From NCBI GenBank assembly GCA_965218785.1, contig OZ244650.1:800001-864000 (forward strand): a stretch of 64,000 nucleotides of DNA, in the 5' to 3' direction. The notes beneath the pieces were generated by a model that saw nothing but the letters and a program-made list of their open reading frames with translations, was not told the DNA's origin and ran no database searches. Numbering within the stretch: position 1 is the stretch's first letter; each line of letters begins with the position of its first letter. The position numbers and the translations under genes were made by a program. This document shows positions 29,224 to 40,900 of this stretch, one piece after another. This DNA comes from Nitrosopumilus sp. Its GTDB lineage: Archaea; Thermoproteota; Nitrososphaeria; Nitrososphaerales; Nitrosopumilaceae.

Positions 29224-30507
29224 GAACTGCCACCTCTCATCTAATCTGAAGAAATTCCTGTAGCTTGCCCTAATTGAGATTTTCGGGGTTGCAAACGAGC
29301 CTCCCCTCAGCACCTTCTGATTTGTAAACCACTTGTCGTTGTATTCATCAAATCCTGATTTGAATCCTGGGTACCCGGTAAACTCTGAGGATGTCCACTC
29401 CCACACATCCCCAATCATCTGCTGGCATCCTGCAGGACTGGCACCGTCTGGGTATGCCCCTATCTCCGTGCACCCCCAGTGATGTGACTCTAGCAGGTTG
29501 CATCTCTGCTCTGTGGTGTGCGTATCCCCCCACGGGTATACTGTTTTCTCCTGGCTTTTCTCACTCCAGCATGCTGCCTTTTCCCACTCTGCCTCTGTTG
29601 GCAGTCTCTTTCCTGCCCATTTGCAGTATGCGTCTGCCTCATAGTAGCTGACGTGGCATACTGGCTCGTCTGGATTGATCTTATTTGCACCCCTGAAATT
29701 TCTGACACGCCACGTATCATCGGCCTTCTCCCAGTACATGGGCGCACACCAGCCGTTCTCTTTTACTTTCTCCCATCCGTCTGATAGCCAGTACCGGTAC
29801 GTGCCGTATCCTCCGTCCTCGATGAATTCCATATACTGCCGGTTTGTTATCGGAAAGACATCCATGGTGTAGTCATTCAGGTATACCCTGTGTTCTGGGA
29901 GTTCTATATCGTAACAGTATTGATCCCCGTTGTATCCCAGTGCGTATATCCCGCCTTTGATGTGTACATCTCCTTTTTTGACGTTTGCTGGTTTTGCCGG
30001 TGTGTCATTTTTTGTAACTGGTGTATACTGTTCTGCAAGCAGGTGCTGCAAGTCATACACCAAAAGTTCCTGATGCTGGCATTCATGATGAAATCCCATG
30101 GTGATCAGCCGGGTCTGCTCGTCGTCTAGCTCGTGTGTCCCGATGAGCTTCTCCATTCTTTGGTTAATCGTGTTAAAATACTGGAAGATCTGTTCAGTTG
30201 TCGGTCTTGAATTTATCCCGCGCTGCCCCTTTTCGTGCGGGACTCCAAACTGCTGATAGTAGGAGTTTAGATACTCTGTAAATTCCTTAGAGTAAAACTC
30301 GTAATTCTTCTCAATCTTGCTCATGACCACCTCGTAGATCCAGCTGACATGACCTACGTGCCATTTTGCCGGGCTGGTAAAAGCCGCGGTCTGTACAACA
30401 AAGTCGTCTTTCTCCAGTGTCTTTACTAGTTCTGCGGTTGTATCCCTAGTCTGCCTGAACCGTTCCAGCAGGGATCTTTGCTGTGTTAATTCCTGGTTTG
30501 AGGTCAA
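29194..30507 (-). CDS. egtB: ergothioneine biosynthesis sulfoxide synthase
   Basis: SPAKWHVGH, NSYY, HHECQHQELL, FGE-sulfatase domain (RLPTEAEWEKA, GDVWEWT); adjacent to egtD. Confidence 0.88.
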   Translation of the reverse strand: MTSNQELTQQRSLLERFRQTRDTTAELVKTLEKDDFVVQTAAFTSPAKWHVGHVSWIYEVVMSKIEKNYEFYSKEFTEYLNSYYQQFGVPHEKGQRGINSRPTTEQIFQYFNTINQRMEKLIGTHELDDEQTRLITMGFHHECQHQELLVYDLQHLLAEQYTPVTKNDTPAKPANVKKGDVHIKGGIYALGYNGDQYCYDIELPEHRVYLNDYTMDVFPITNRQYMEFIEDGGYGTYRYWLSDGWEKVKENGWCAPMYWEKADDTWRVRNFRGANKINPDEPVCHVSYYEADAYCKWAGKRLPTEAEWEKAACWSEKSQEKTVYPWGDTHTTEQRCNLLESHHWGCTEIGAYPDGASPAGCQQMIGDVWEWTSSEFTGYPGFKSGFDEYNDKWFTNQKVLRGGSFATPKISIRASYRNFFRLDERWQFSGFRCASNI

Positions 30508-30551
30508 TTGAAAAACCCTGATTTTTGCATGATTATATTTGTGTGGGTTAT

Positions 30552-31997
30552 CTAGTAACCCCTGGCAAAGACTGGAATCACGGTGCTTTGCTGCTGGCAA
30601 TACACGCATTTTTTAGACGTATCCTCTGCCTTAAAGGGAATCACCCTGATATCTGCGCCTGTCTCTTCTTTTATCTTCTCCTCGCATTCGGTTTTCCCGC
30701 ACCAGGGGGCATAAAGGAATCCGCCTGTCTCTATCTTTGATTTGAATTCTGTGTAATCTGAGATATTGATGATCTGTCCTTCTGATCGTTTTCTGGCGGC
30801 ATTTAGCATGTCAGTCTGAATTTCATCTAGTGTTACGGGGATGTCCTTGATATCTGTAAATGGCATCTTTGATTTTTCCTGATTGTATCTTTTTGCCATG
30901 ACGATACAGTTCTGTTCGATATCCTTGGGTCCTATCTCTATTCGTATCGGAACCCCCTTTAACTCCCAGTCATTGAACTTGTATCCTGGTGATAATCCCT
31001 CCCTGTCATCAACATGAACCCTGACATTCATTGATTCCAGGTCTTTTTTGATCTCTGAGACCTTGGCTAGTATCGCTGTTTTGATGTTATCATCATTTTT
31101 GTATATTGGGACAACTACCACCTGCATTGGTGCCACCTTTGGCGGTAGAACCAAACCGCGGTCATCACCGTGTATCATGATCATCGCGCCAATCAGCCTC
31201 CAGGAGACACCCCACGATGTCTGCCATGCAAAGTGCTCCACGTTGTCCTTGTCTGCAAACTTTACCTCAAAGGGTTTGGAGAAGTTCTGCCCCAGAAAAT
31301 GCGAGGTGCCCATCTGTAACGCCTTCCCATCAGGCATAACCGACTCCATGGTAGTAGTGTATACGGCACCGACAAATTTCTCTTTCTCGCTCTTTTTTCC
31401 CACAGTCACCGGAATTGCCAGCTCGTCTTGGACCGTATCCTTGTATATTTCCAGGATTGCCATCACCTCTGCCTCTGCCTCTTTTTGTGTGGTGTGTACG
31501 GTGTGCCCCTCCTGCCATAGAAACTCTGATGTTCTAAGAAACGGCTTTGTTCCCTTGATTTCCGCTCTTAGTGCGGTATTCCAGAAGTTAATCTTTAGCG
31601 GTAAGTCCCTCCAGCTTTGAATCCATTTGGCGTATAACGTGTATGCCAGAGTTTCTGATGTCGGTCTTAATGCGAGCCTGTCTCCAATCTCGTTCTCACC
31701 GGAGTGTGTGACCCAGAACACTTCGGGATTGAATCCTGCAAAGTGTTTTTTTTCCTTTCCTAATAGTGATTCCGGGATTAGTATCGGCAGAAATCCGTTT
31801 CTTATGTTGTTGGCTGCAAATTTCTTATCAAACGTGTTCCGTAATGACTCCCAGATGGAGTATCCGTCCGGTCTGAGAACGATTAATCCTTTTACCGGGG
31901 CGTAATCTGCGAGTTTGGCCTTTAGTACCACCTGGGTGTACCACTCGCTGAAATCCTCCTTTTTTGAAACCGTAATGCCCTTCTCTTCCCTGCTCAC
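30552..31997 (-). CDS. proS: proline--tRNA ligase (archaeal type)
   Basis: LRPTSET, FLRTSEFLWQEGHT, QTSWGVSWR, C-terminal FARGY. Confidence 0.96.
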   Translation of the reverse strand: MSREEKGITVSKKEDFSEWYTQVVLKAKLADYAPVKGLIVLRPDGYSIWESLRNTFDKKFAANNIRNGFLPILIPESLLGKEKKHFAGFNPEVFWVTHSGENEIGDRLALRPTSETLAYTLYAKWIQSWRDLPLKINFWNTALRAEIKGTKPFLRTSEFLWQEGHTVHTTQKEAEAEVMAILEIYKDTVQDELAIPVTVGKKSEKEKFVGAVYTTTMESVMPDGKALQMGTSHFLGQNFSKPFEVKFADKDNVEHFAWQTSWGVSWRLIGAMIMIHGDDRGLVLPPKVAPMQVVVVPIYKNDDNIKTAILAKVSEIKKDLESMNVRVHVDDREGLSPGYKFNDWELKGVPIRIEIGPKDIEQNCIVMAKRYNQEKSKMPFTDIKDIPVTLDEIQTDMLNAARKRSEGQIINISDYTEFKSKIETGGFLYAPWCGKTECEEKIKEETGADIRVIPFKAEDTSKKCVYCQQQSTVIPVFARGY

Positions 31998-32149
31998 GGG
32001 ATTAAAAGAATTAATTTAATTTATGTGCCTTTCGTGTATGTATTTGGATGTTATTTGTAGAGGTGATGGCTGTGTCATCAATGTGTCTTGATGTAATCTG
32101 TCGTATACATAATGAAAAACATCATATTTGAGCTGTATGAAATAAAGAC

Positions 32150-32398
32150 ATGAAGTATTTCTGGGGCGTGATATCCGTGATTCTGGTGTTGGTGTTCTTT
32201 GTATCCGGTTATGCCATTGTTGCATTTGATGATGACCCTGAACCAAAAAGCGGTTTAAACCATACACTTAACGCATCATCCACCCTTGTAGTTACAGATG
32301 ATCTCAAAACAGGTGCTTCCCCTGATTCTGTCAGTTCAAACGGCACCAAACATTACGTCATAAACGTATCTGACTCTCCCATCGTGGGCGGAAATTAG
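32150..32398 (+). CDS. small secreted or membrane hypothetical protein
   Basis: N-terminal hydrophobic segment. Confidence 0.6.
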   Translation: MKYFWGVISVILVLVFFVSGYAIVAFDDDPEPKSGLNHTLNASSTLVVTDDLKTGASPDSVSSNGTKHYVINVSDSPIVGGN

Positions 32399-32400
32399 TG

Positions 32401-32841
32401 TTACTTGTCCCACTCTGTGATGTAGTACCTGTATTTTTCTGCGTGAGTCTGTGCCTCTGCAATCACATACCAGATGTGTAACTCCGATGTGTCCCCTGTT
32501 AACTGGTCACAGGGTATTGTGAGTGTCTTTTCTGCTGCGTTGTAATCGAGCTGGTCTGATAGCTGGTCTGCCCTGACAAAGTATTGGTGCTCTATAATCT
32601 GGTTATAGTGCTCTGCTGTAACATTGCAGTTGCCGTTTTCATCCCCCCCGTCAATTAGCCGTATCGGAATCGAGTTTTTTACGATGTCCCTTTCATTTAT
32701 CTGGCTCCAGTCCGGCTCTGCGTACTCTTTGAGTATGCCGCCTAGTACTGATTCGTTTAGAAACGACTGCTCGTATGTTCCGGCGATTATCACTGCACCA
32801 AGAGCTGATGCGGCTATTATGGTTAGGATTTTGTAGTTCAT
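32401..32841 (-). CDS. membrane-anchored hypothetical protein
   Basis: N-terminal TM; clean ORF. Confidence 0.65.
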   Translation of the reverse strand: MNYKILTIIAASALGAVIIAGTYEQSFLNESVLGGILKEYAEPDWSQINERDIVKNSIPIRLIDGGDENGNCNVTAEHYNQIIEHQYFVRADQLSDQLDYNAAEKTLTIPCDQLTGDTSELHIWYVIAEAQTHAEKYRYYITEWDK

Positions 32842-33219
32842 GGTGTGTCTGTTGTTATATGGATTCACAGATACCCTTGTAAATTAGTTGCTATTTTGCC
32901 GTGCCGTCTTTTCTGCCTTGCAGACTTGGCAGTTAGTTGAAGTGGGGCATCTGACTGGTAATTATTGTGGACTCTTGCTTCTTTTTTTGTATTCGAGTCG
33001 GCTCTGTTGAGTGCCTGTGGTTGCAGGCAGGTTAAATGCCCGGAACCATCATATCAAGCATGCTTTTGCGATTAATACCTGGTTCTTGAGCCCAAGTGGA
33101 TATGGCAGGATACGCATCACCCATCTTTTACGGAAAATAACCCCATAAACGCTAAAATCATGGGATTATGCGTCAAATTACCCCAAACCTTTATTAGATT
33201 AAATTATCTCCGTACCTAC

Positions 33220-33879
33220 ATGACAAACACAAACACAAGTCAAAAACTGGCCTACAAGCTTTCTGCAACTGGGCTCTTTGCGATATTTGCCATGATGGTT
33301 ATTCCTGGCAGTGTATTTGGAGGAGCAGCAGCGGCAGATTCCACCGAGACCGGACAGATATCTGTCTATGGAATGTTGGATCTTGTACAAAAAGATGCCA
33401 GTGGAAACACGTTGTTATCACAGACAGTGCACAACCAACTCACAAATGATGGTGAAAACTTCCTGTTAAATCAGGCATTTGCATCAACCACAGCATCAGT
33501 AGCTGACACACTTAGAATAGGTGCAATCTGCGTCACTGGTGTTGTAGCACCTCTAGGTGAGACATCTACTGCAGCAACCATGAGTGCAGTTCCTCTGGGA
33601 ACATCACTAGACAACTGTAAAGTACATACTCTCGCAGCTGCCAGCACAAACAGCCTAGCAGTAATAGGACCTCTTACATTTATAGGTGGTACTGAAGTTC
33701 CTGCTGCTGGAGAGATTCAGTCAATAGCAATATGCAATCATGCTGCTGCCGACTATGCACTTTGTAGTGATGCTTCAGGCGTTGCATTTGCAATAGTGAA
33801 TACCAACCCAGTGACCCTAGAACAGGATGACACTGTAGAAATCACATACACATTCAACGTGGAATCTCCAGACACATAA
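33220..33879 (+). CDS. secreted beta-rich protein, possible filament subunit
   Basis: Signal peptide; VHNQLTNDGENFLL; ends VTLEQDDTVEITYTFNV; four Cys; followed by a T-tract. Confidence 0.75.
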   Translation: MTNTNTSQKLAYKLSATGLFAIFAMMVIPGSVFGGAAAADSTETGQISVYGMLDLVQKDASGNTLLSQTVHNQLTNDGENFLLNQAFASTTASVADTLRIGAICVTGVVAPLGETSTAATMSAVPLGTSLDNCKVHTLAAASTNSLAVIGPLTFIGGTEVPAAGEIQSIAICNHAAADYALCSDASGVAFAIVNTNPVTLEQDDTVEITYTFNVESPDT

Positions 33880-33880
33880 A

Positions 33881-33910
33881 ATCTTTTTTTCTTTATTTTT
33901 TTATTTATTC
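33881..33910 (+). terminator. oligo-T archaeal terminator
   Basis: atcttttttt ctttattttt ttatttattc directly after the stop. Confidence 0.6.
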
Positions 33911-34169
33911 ATTGCAGGCTTGCCTGTAGGTTTTCACATGCAATCCATTCCGCATATTCCTTGTCAATCCAATATATAATGACGCGCAAATATTGAGATC
34001 AATTTTATCAAACCGAAAACCATCAAGTCATCATATCCATATCCCAAACAACGAGATCAACCTTTTACCTGAAACGGTAGGGAGATGCAGGATGGACAGG
34101 GCTGGAATTACCGGTGAGTAGTGACACACAATGTTTTCAAATTAAAAATCATTCAAAAATAAAGATTAG

Positions 34170-34910
34170 ATGATTTTACCAAGGCAAACATAATAACCAA
34201 GGTAAAGAACAAATTCACCCAACAAGAAAGGCAAGAATCATTCTGGAATCCATAAACACCCGGATCAGCACGGCAGCCGGCATATCATGCAGAAAACAAG
34301 CATGGGAAAGTCGGTGTCCATGTCGGATTATCTCGCAACAAATTATATCACAACCCAAGACCGAGAGTCATCAGCAGATCCCACCGTCACAACTGTCGGG
34401 AATCTGGTTTGATGATCTCTACTAGACAGCAGACGCACGGCCGCAAGCGTTTCACGGTAGATTGCTGTGCCCATAAACTGCAGGCAGATTCAGAGAATAT
34501 GCCGTAAAACAGGCGTGATTTCACCCCAAAAGACCAAAAAAGACATCATAAGATCCAACAGAAAACTGCTCAAGCCACAGGACCAAACCAGTATGGAATG
34601 GAGATGACGTACATTGGAGACATCGACGACAGGTGCTCTGCTTTAACGTAATGGACGTCCTTACCAGAAAATGGATATCTATTCCTTTGACGTACGGCAG
34701 ACAAGCATCTGCAGTTGATTCCAGTCAACACCATGCCACTGATGCCCCGACTGCTCACATCTAATAATTAGAACAGACAACGGCGGCCAGTTCTCAGCAG
34801 GACGTTCCAGGATGCGATCATTCTTGGTGCAGACAGTTCATAAGAATCACACATCATGGCAGCGGACATGTAGAATCGTTCCACAAGACTCTCAAAAAAG
34901 AGTATGCTCC
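34170..34910 (+). mobile_element. degraded IS3-family transposase
   Basis: Fragments KFTQQE..RIILES (HTH), ATGPNQ..MTYI, IRTDNGGQF, GHVESFHKTLKKEY; many frameshifts. Confidence 0.75.
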
Positions 34911-37900
34911 TTGATTATCTGCAGTAAATCTTTGTATGGAGACATTTTTCTTGCTCTCTGCTATTATCTTGGCAACCCCCCCTCCTCTCCGTAATCCTGA
35001 TTTCTGAACGGATCTCAGATCCCCGTTAATGGCATTTGAACCGATCATAATTACCCGGTTTTGCCGCAAAAATGATCTAATCCCAATAGTCCTGTCACAC
35101 CAGATAACACACATCCTTTTCTTTGATTTTCATAATTTGAGGGATTGATTGAAAATTTGAATTGATCATATCTAGTCAGATATTTCATCGGGTCCTGTGG
35201 TGGGACATCTGACAACAGGTAATCCATACATGGGCATTATCGGCCTCCGCACCTATCTGCCTGCAAAACCCTTATCATATCTGATGACCCAAGCGATCAG
35301 ATGTCTGATTAGGTGGCTAAATTTCCATATATTTCCTATATGGATAGGAAAAAACTAGCAAAATCAAGAAAATATAGAATATTCCCAACTAATTTGGATA
35401 TAACTATTTTAACTAAAGAATTACGGAAAACTACTATTGACTTCAAAAGACGTTCAATCACGGAGGAAAGGGGGGAACTGTATTGCAGTACAGCGCAATG
35501 ATTACTACTACCTGTTTGATACTATATGATATTATGTTGTTGTTTACTTGTCCTCCTTTTTGCATTCACTGCTGGACTGGTACTATCCGATGCACATGCC
35601 CAGACATACGTCCCACCCTTTGGGACTTTTGTAGACACGTTTGATAGTACCGACCTGGCTTCCCTTCCACGGGGAATCACAGCAAACTCCACTCACGTAC
35701 TGGTTGCAGATTATAACGGAATAAACATATTTGATCTGGACGGTAACATTGCCGGCACGATTGGCAGTTTTGGCAGAGACAACGGTCAGTTTGACAATCC
35801 ACGAGGAATCACAACAAACTCCACTCACATACTGGTTGCAGACACCGACAACAACAGGATACAGGTATTTGATAACACGGGCACCCATGTCACCACGATT
35901 GGCAATCCTGCTAACAGCATATCTGGCAGCTCATTAGACGGCATGTTTGACACGCCATCAGGAATCACAACAAACTCCACCCACATACTGGTTGCAGACA
36001 CCTACAACCACAGAATCCAGGTATTTGATCTGGATGGCAACTATCTCAGCCAGTTTGGCAACGACCTGCTTTCCCTTCCACGGGGAATCACGACAAACTC
36101 CACCCACATACTGGTTACAGACACCGGAAACAACAGAATCCATGTATTTGATTCAAACGGTACCATTGCCGCCACGTTTGGCAGTGTCGGCGGTCGTGCA
36201 GGTCAGTTTAACTATCCTACCGGAATCACAACAACTTCCACACACATACTGGTTACAGACACCCACAACGATAGAATCCAGGTATTTGATCATAGCGGCA
36301 ACTATGTAAGCATGATTGGCAGTTCCGGTAATATCGGTAATAATGAGAACCAGTTTGACAGACCATCCGGAATCACGACAACCTCCACGCACGTACTGGT
36401 TGCAGACACCGGCAACGCCAGAATCCAGATATTTGATCTTCCGCCTACCGTAACGATATCTTCCACTCTTTCTGATGGTGGACCTGCATTCTCTAATACC
36501 ATATCTTATGTTGTCCTGTTCAGTGAACCTGTGACTGGCTTTATGGCATCGGATATTACAATATCTGGGACGGCATCCGTCGACCCGTATGTGGCATCAA
36601 ATTTTGGTGGAACTGCTGATCGATACACCTTTGAGGTGGTAACCCCCTCCGTTGATACAGTCACAGTATCAATTCCTGAAAACACGGCAGAGGATAATGC
36701 AGGCAACGGCAACGTGGCATCTGACCAACATACCATTGCAATCGATATCGTCGCACCTACAGTATCTCTAACTACTGATGTCACCTATGGTGGTACCTCT
36801 GAGACTAACATGATATTCTATACTGCCGCCTTTGATGAGACCGTAACGGGATTTGATACCGCATCTGATATCACCATATCTGGAACAGCTACTGCAACGG
36901 CATCTGCACCGACTGGAGAAGGCGACACATACTACTTTACTGTGACTACCACCACTGACGGTACGGTCACAGTATCAATTCCTGCAAACGCGGCAGAAGA
37001 TAATGCAGGCAACGGCAACGTGGCATCTGACCCATACATCGTTACAGTGGATGCCCCTGCATCATTTGGGACTTTTGTCAGCACTATTGGCAGTTTCGGC
37101 AGAGACGACGGTCATTTTAACAATCCTAATGGAATCACGACAAACTCCACGCACATCCTGGTTGCAGACTCTGACAACAACAGAATACAGGTATTTCATC
37201 TAAACGGCACCCATGCCGACACGCTTGATAGTTTCGGCGATACGGGAGACGACGGGTTTAATCATCTACAAGCAATAACAACAAACTCCACGCACATCCT
37301 GGTTGCAGACACCTTCCATGACAGGATATTGATATTTGACACCGCAGGTAGATTGCTCCACACGTTTGGCAGCCACGGCACAGGCGACGGTCAGTTTGAC
37401 AGCCCGCGAGGCATCACGACAAACTCCACGCACATACTGGTTGCAGACACCAGTAACGACAGAATACAGGTATTTGATAACACAGGCACCCATGTCAGCA
37501 CGTTTGGCAATCACGGCTCAGGCGACGGTCAGTTTGACAGCCCGCGAGGAATCACGACAAACTCCACGCACATCCTAGTTACAGACTCTAGAAACGATCG
37601 GATACAGGTATTTGATAATACGGGCACCCATGTCGGCACAATTGGCAGTATGGGCTCAGACCTCCGCGAAATTGACAACCCACGAGGCATCACAACAACC
37701 CCCACACACATCCTGGTTGCAGACACCAGCAACCACCAGATACAGGTATTTCATCTGAACGGCGCCCATGTCGGCACAATTGGCAGTTCAGGCTCAGGCG
37801 ACGGCCAGTTTGGCGCACCACACGGAATCACGACAAACTCCACGCACATGCTGGTAACAGAAATCAGCAACGACAGAATCCAGATATTTGATCTTGCACC

Positions 37901-40900
37901 TGCCATGACCATAAATAGTAACACCTCCAACGGCGGTATGTCTTCCTCCGAGACCGTATCATACACTGTAACCTTTACAGAAGATGTGTCATACTTTGAT
38001 GGTACGGATATCACCGCATCTGGAACCGCATCCTGGGGTTCGCCTACCGTGTCAAACTTTATGAAAATAACTGCAACTGATTATACGTTTGACGTGGCAA
38101 CCACCGATGACGGTACGGTCACAGTATCTATTCCTAAAAACGTGGCAGTAGGTAGTGCAGACATCGGCAACGTGCCATCTGCCACACATGCCATTACGGT
38201 AGATACCACTGCACCTGCCGTAACCATAACTGCCGATGTCACTGATGAGGACACCGTAGACACTAACATGATATCCTATACTGCCACCTTTGATGAGGCA
38301 GTCACTGGCTTTGATGTCGCTGATGATATCACCGTATCCGGATCAGATACTGCAACGGCATCTGCACCGACTGGAGATGGTACCACCTACCACTTTACTG
38401 TGACTGCCATCACTGACGGTACGGTCACAGTATCGATTCCTGCAAACGCGGCAGAAGATAATGCAGGCAACTACAATATATCATCTGAACCATACACCGT
38501 TACCGTGGATGCCCCAGTATCGTTTGGGACCTTTGTCAGCACGATTGGCAGTGTGGGTGGCTCTGGCAACGACCAGTTTAAAAATCCAAGAGGAATCACG
38601 ACAAACTCCACCCACATACTGGTTGCAGACACTCTCAACAGCAGGATCCAGGTATTTGATCTGGACGGCACATATGTCAACACGATTGGCAGTTTAGGCT
38701 CAGGTAACGACCATCTTAACATTCCTACTAGAATCACAACAAACTCCACTCACATACTGGTTGCAGACACCAACAACCACAGGATACAGGTATTTGATCT
38801 GGACGGCACCCACACCGGTACGTTTGGCAGTAAAGGCTCAGCCGACGGTCAGTTTAACAGCCCGCGAGGAATCACAACAAACTCCACGCACATACTGGTT
38901 GCAGACCGCAACAACCACCGAATCCAGGTATTTGATAACACGGGCACCCATGTCAACTCGTTTGGCAGTCGTGGCGCCACCTCCGAAGGCAACCCCGGCG
39001 AGTTTAGATCACCTGCAGGAATCGCCACAACTCCAATACACATACTAGTTGCAGACACTGGCTACGGCAGGATACAGGTATTTGATCTGGACGGCAACTA
39101 TGTCGACCAGTTCGGCAACGGTTATCTTGAATCCCCACAAGGAATCACAATAACCCCTACACACATACTGGTTACAGACACCTACGACAACAGGATACAT
39201 GTGTTTGATCTGGTCGGCAACCATCTCGGCATGTTTGGCAGTCTTGACCACCCACGAGAAATCACGACAAACTCCACCCACATACTGGTTGCAGACACCG
39301 GCAACCACAGGATACAGATATTTGATCTTCCACATACTGCAACCATAAAGACTGACACCCACCACGGCAGCACGCAGGTCTCTGAGACGGTATCCTACAC
39401 TGTCACCTTTACAAAAGACGTGTCATATTTTGATGGTTCGGATATTATAATATCTGGAACAGCATCAGGCGTTCGCCCACCATATCAAACTTTATGAAAA
39501 TAACTGCGACTGATTATACGTTTGACGTGGCAACCACAGATAACGGTACGGTTACAGTAACGATTCCTAAAAACGTGGCGGTAACTGATACAGGTAACAG
39601 CAACATGGCATCTGAACCCTATACCGTTACAGTAAATACCAACGCCTCTACCGTAACTGTAATTACCGATACTGTGGATGGTGGTACTGCAACCACTAAA
39701 ACCATATCCTACATGGTCACATTTGACATGGATGTAAATGACTTTACTGAATCTGATATTGTGATAACTGGAACGGCATCCGGTGACTCACCTGCACCAT
39801 CAAACTTTATGAAATTAAGTGCTACATAGTATACCTTTGATGTGGCAACCATCCGTGACGGCACGGTCATTGTAATCATTCCTGAAAACGTGGCAACAAC
39901 TGATGCAGGCAACGGCAACATATCATCTGACACACATGCCATTATAGTGGATGCCCACATACCTGCCGTAACCATAACTGCAGATACCGCTGATGGTCGT
40001 ACCACGGGCACTAACATAATATCATATACTGCCACCTTTGATGAGGCAGTAACTGGCTTTGATACGGATGATATCACAGTATCTGGATCAGCTGCTGCAA
40101 CGGCATCTGCACCAACCGGAGATGGCACCACATACTTCTTTACTGTGACTGCCGATTCTGACGGTACGGTCACGGTATCTATTCCTGCAAACGCAGCAGA
40201 AGATATTACAGGCAACGGCAATGTGGCGTCTGACCCATACACCGTTACTGTGGATACCCCTGTAACATTTGGGACCTTTGCCAACACGCTTGGTAGTTCA
40301 AGTGGCTCTGGCAACGACCAGTTTAACAGTCCACGAGGAATCACGACAAACTCCACTCATATACTGGTTGCAGACCGCAACAACCACAGGATACAGATAT
40401 TTGATCTGGACGGCACCTATGTCAGCACGATTGGCAGTCTAGGCACCGGCAACGACCAGCTTAAAAATCCTTCTGGAATCACAACAAACTCCACCCACAT
40501 ACTGGTTGCAGACCCCGGCAACGACAGGATACAGGTATTTGATCTGGACGGTACCCACATCGGCACGTTTGGCAGGGAAGGCTCAACCGACGGTCAGTTT
40601 AACAGCCCACGCGGAATCACAACAAACTCCACTCACATACTGGTTGCAGACCGCAACAACCACAGGATCCAGGTATTTGATAACACAGGCATCCATGTGG
40701 CAGCTCGTTTGGACAACCACAGTGGTCCACCCGCTGTAAAGACCAACACCCCCAACGGCAGCACACAGGCCGGTATCCTACACTGTCACCTTTACAACAG
40801 ACGAAGGCAATCCTGGCGAGTTTAGATTTCCTGCAGGAATCGCCACAACTCCCACAGGCACATACTGGTCGCAGACAGTGGCTACGGCAGGATACAGATA

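Noticed and set aside
28181-30507. Selenoneine or ovothiol pathway instead of ergothioneine
   Set aside because: No senB/selD neighbours and no fused C-terminal methyltransferase; an egtD partner is adjacent
39827-39829. In-frame TAG as pyrrolysine or programmed readthrough
   Set aside because: Paralogous modules have GAG (Glu) here, it lies beside other lesions, and no pyl genes are seen
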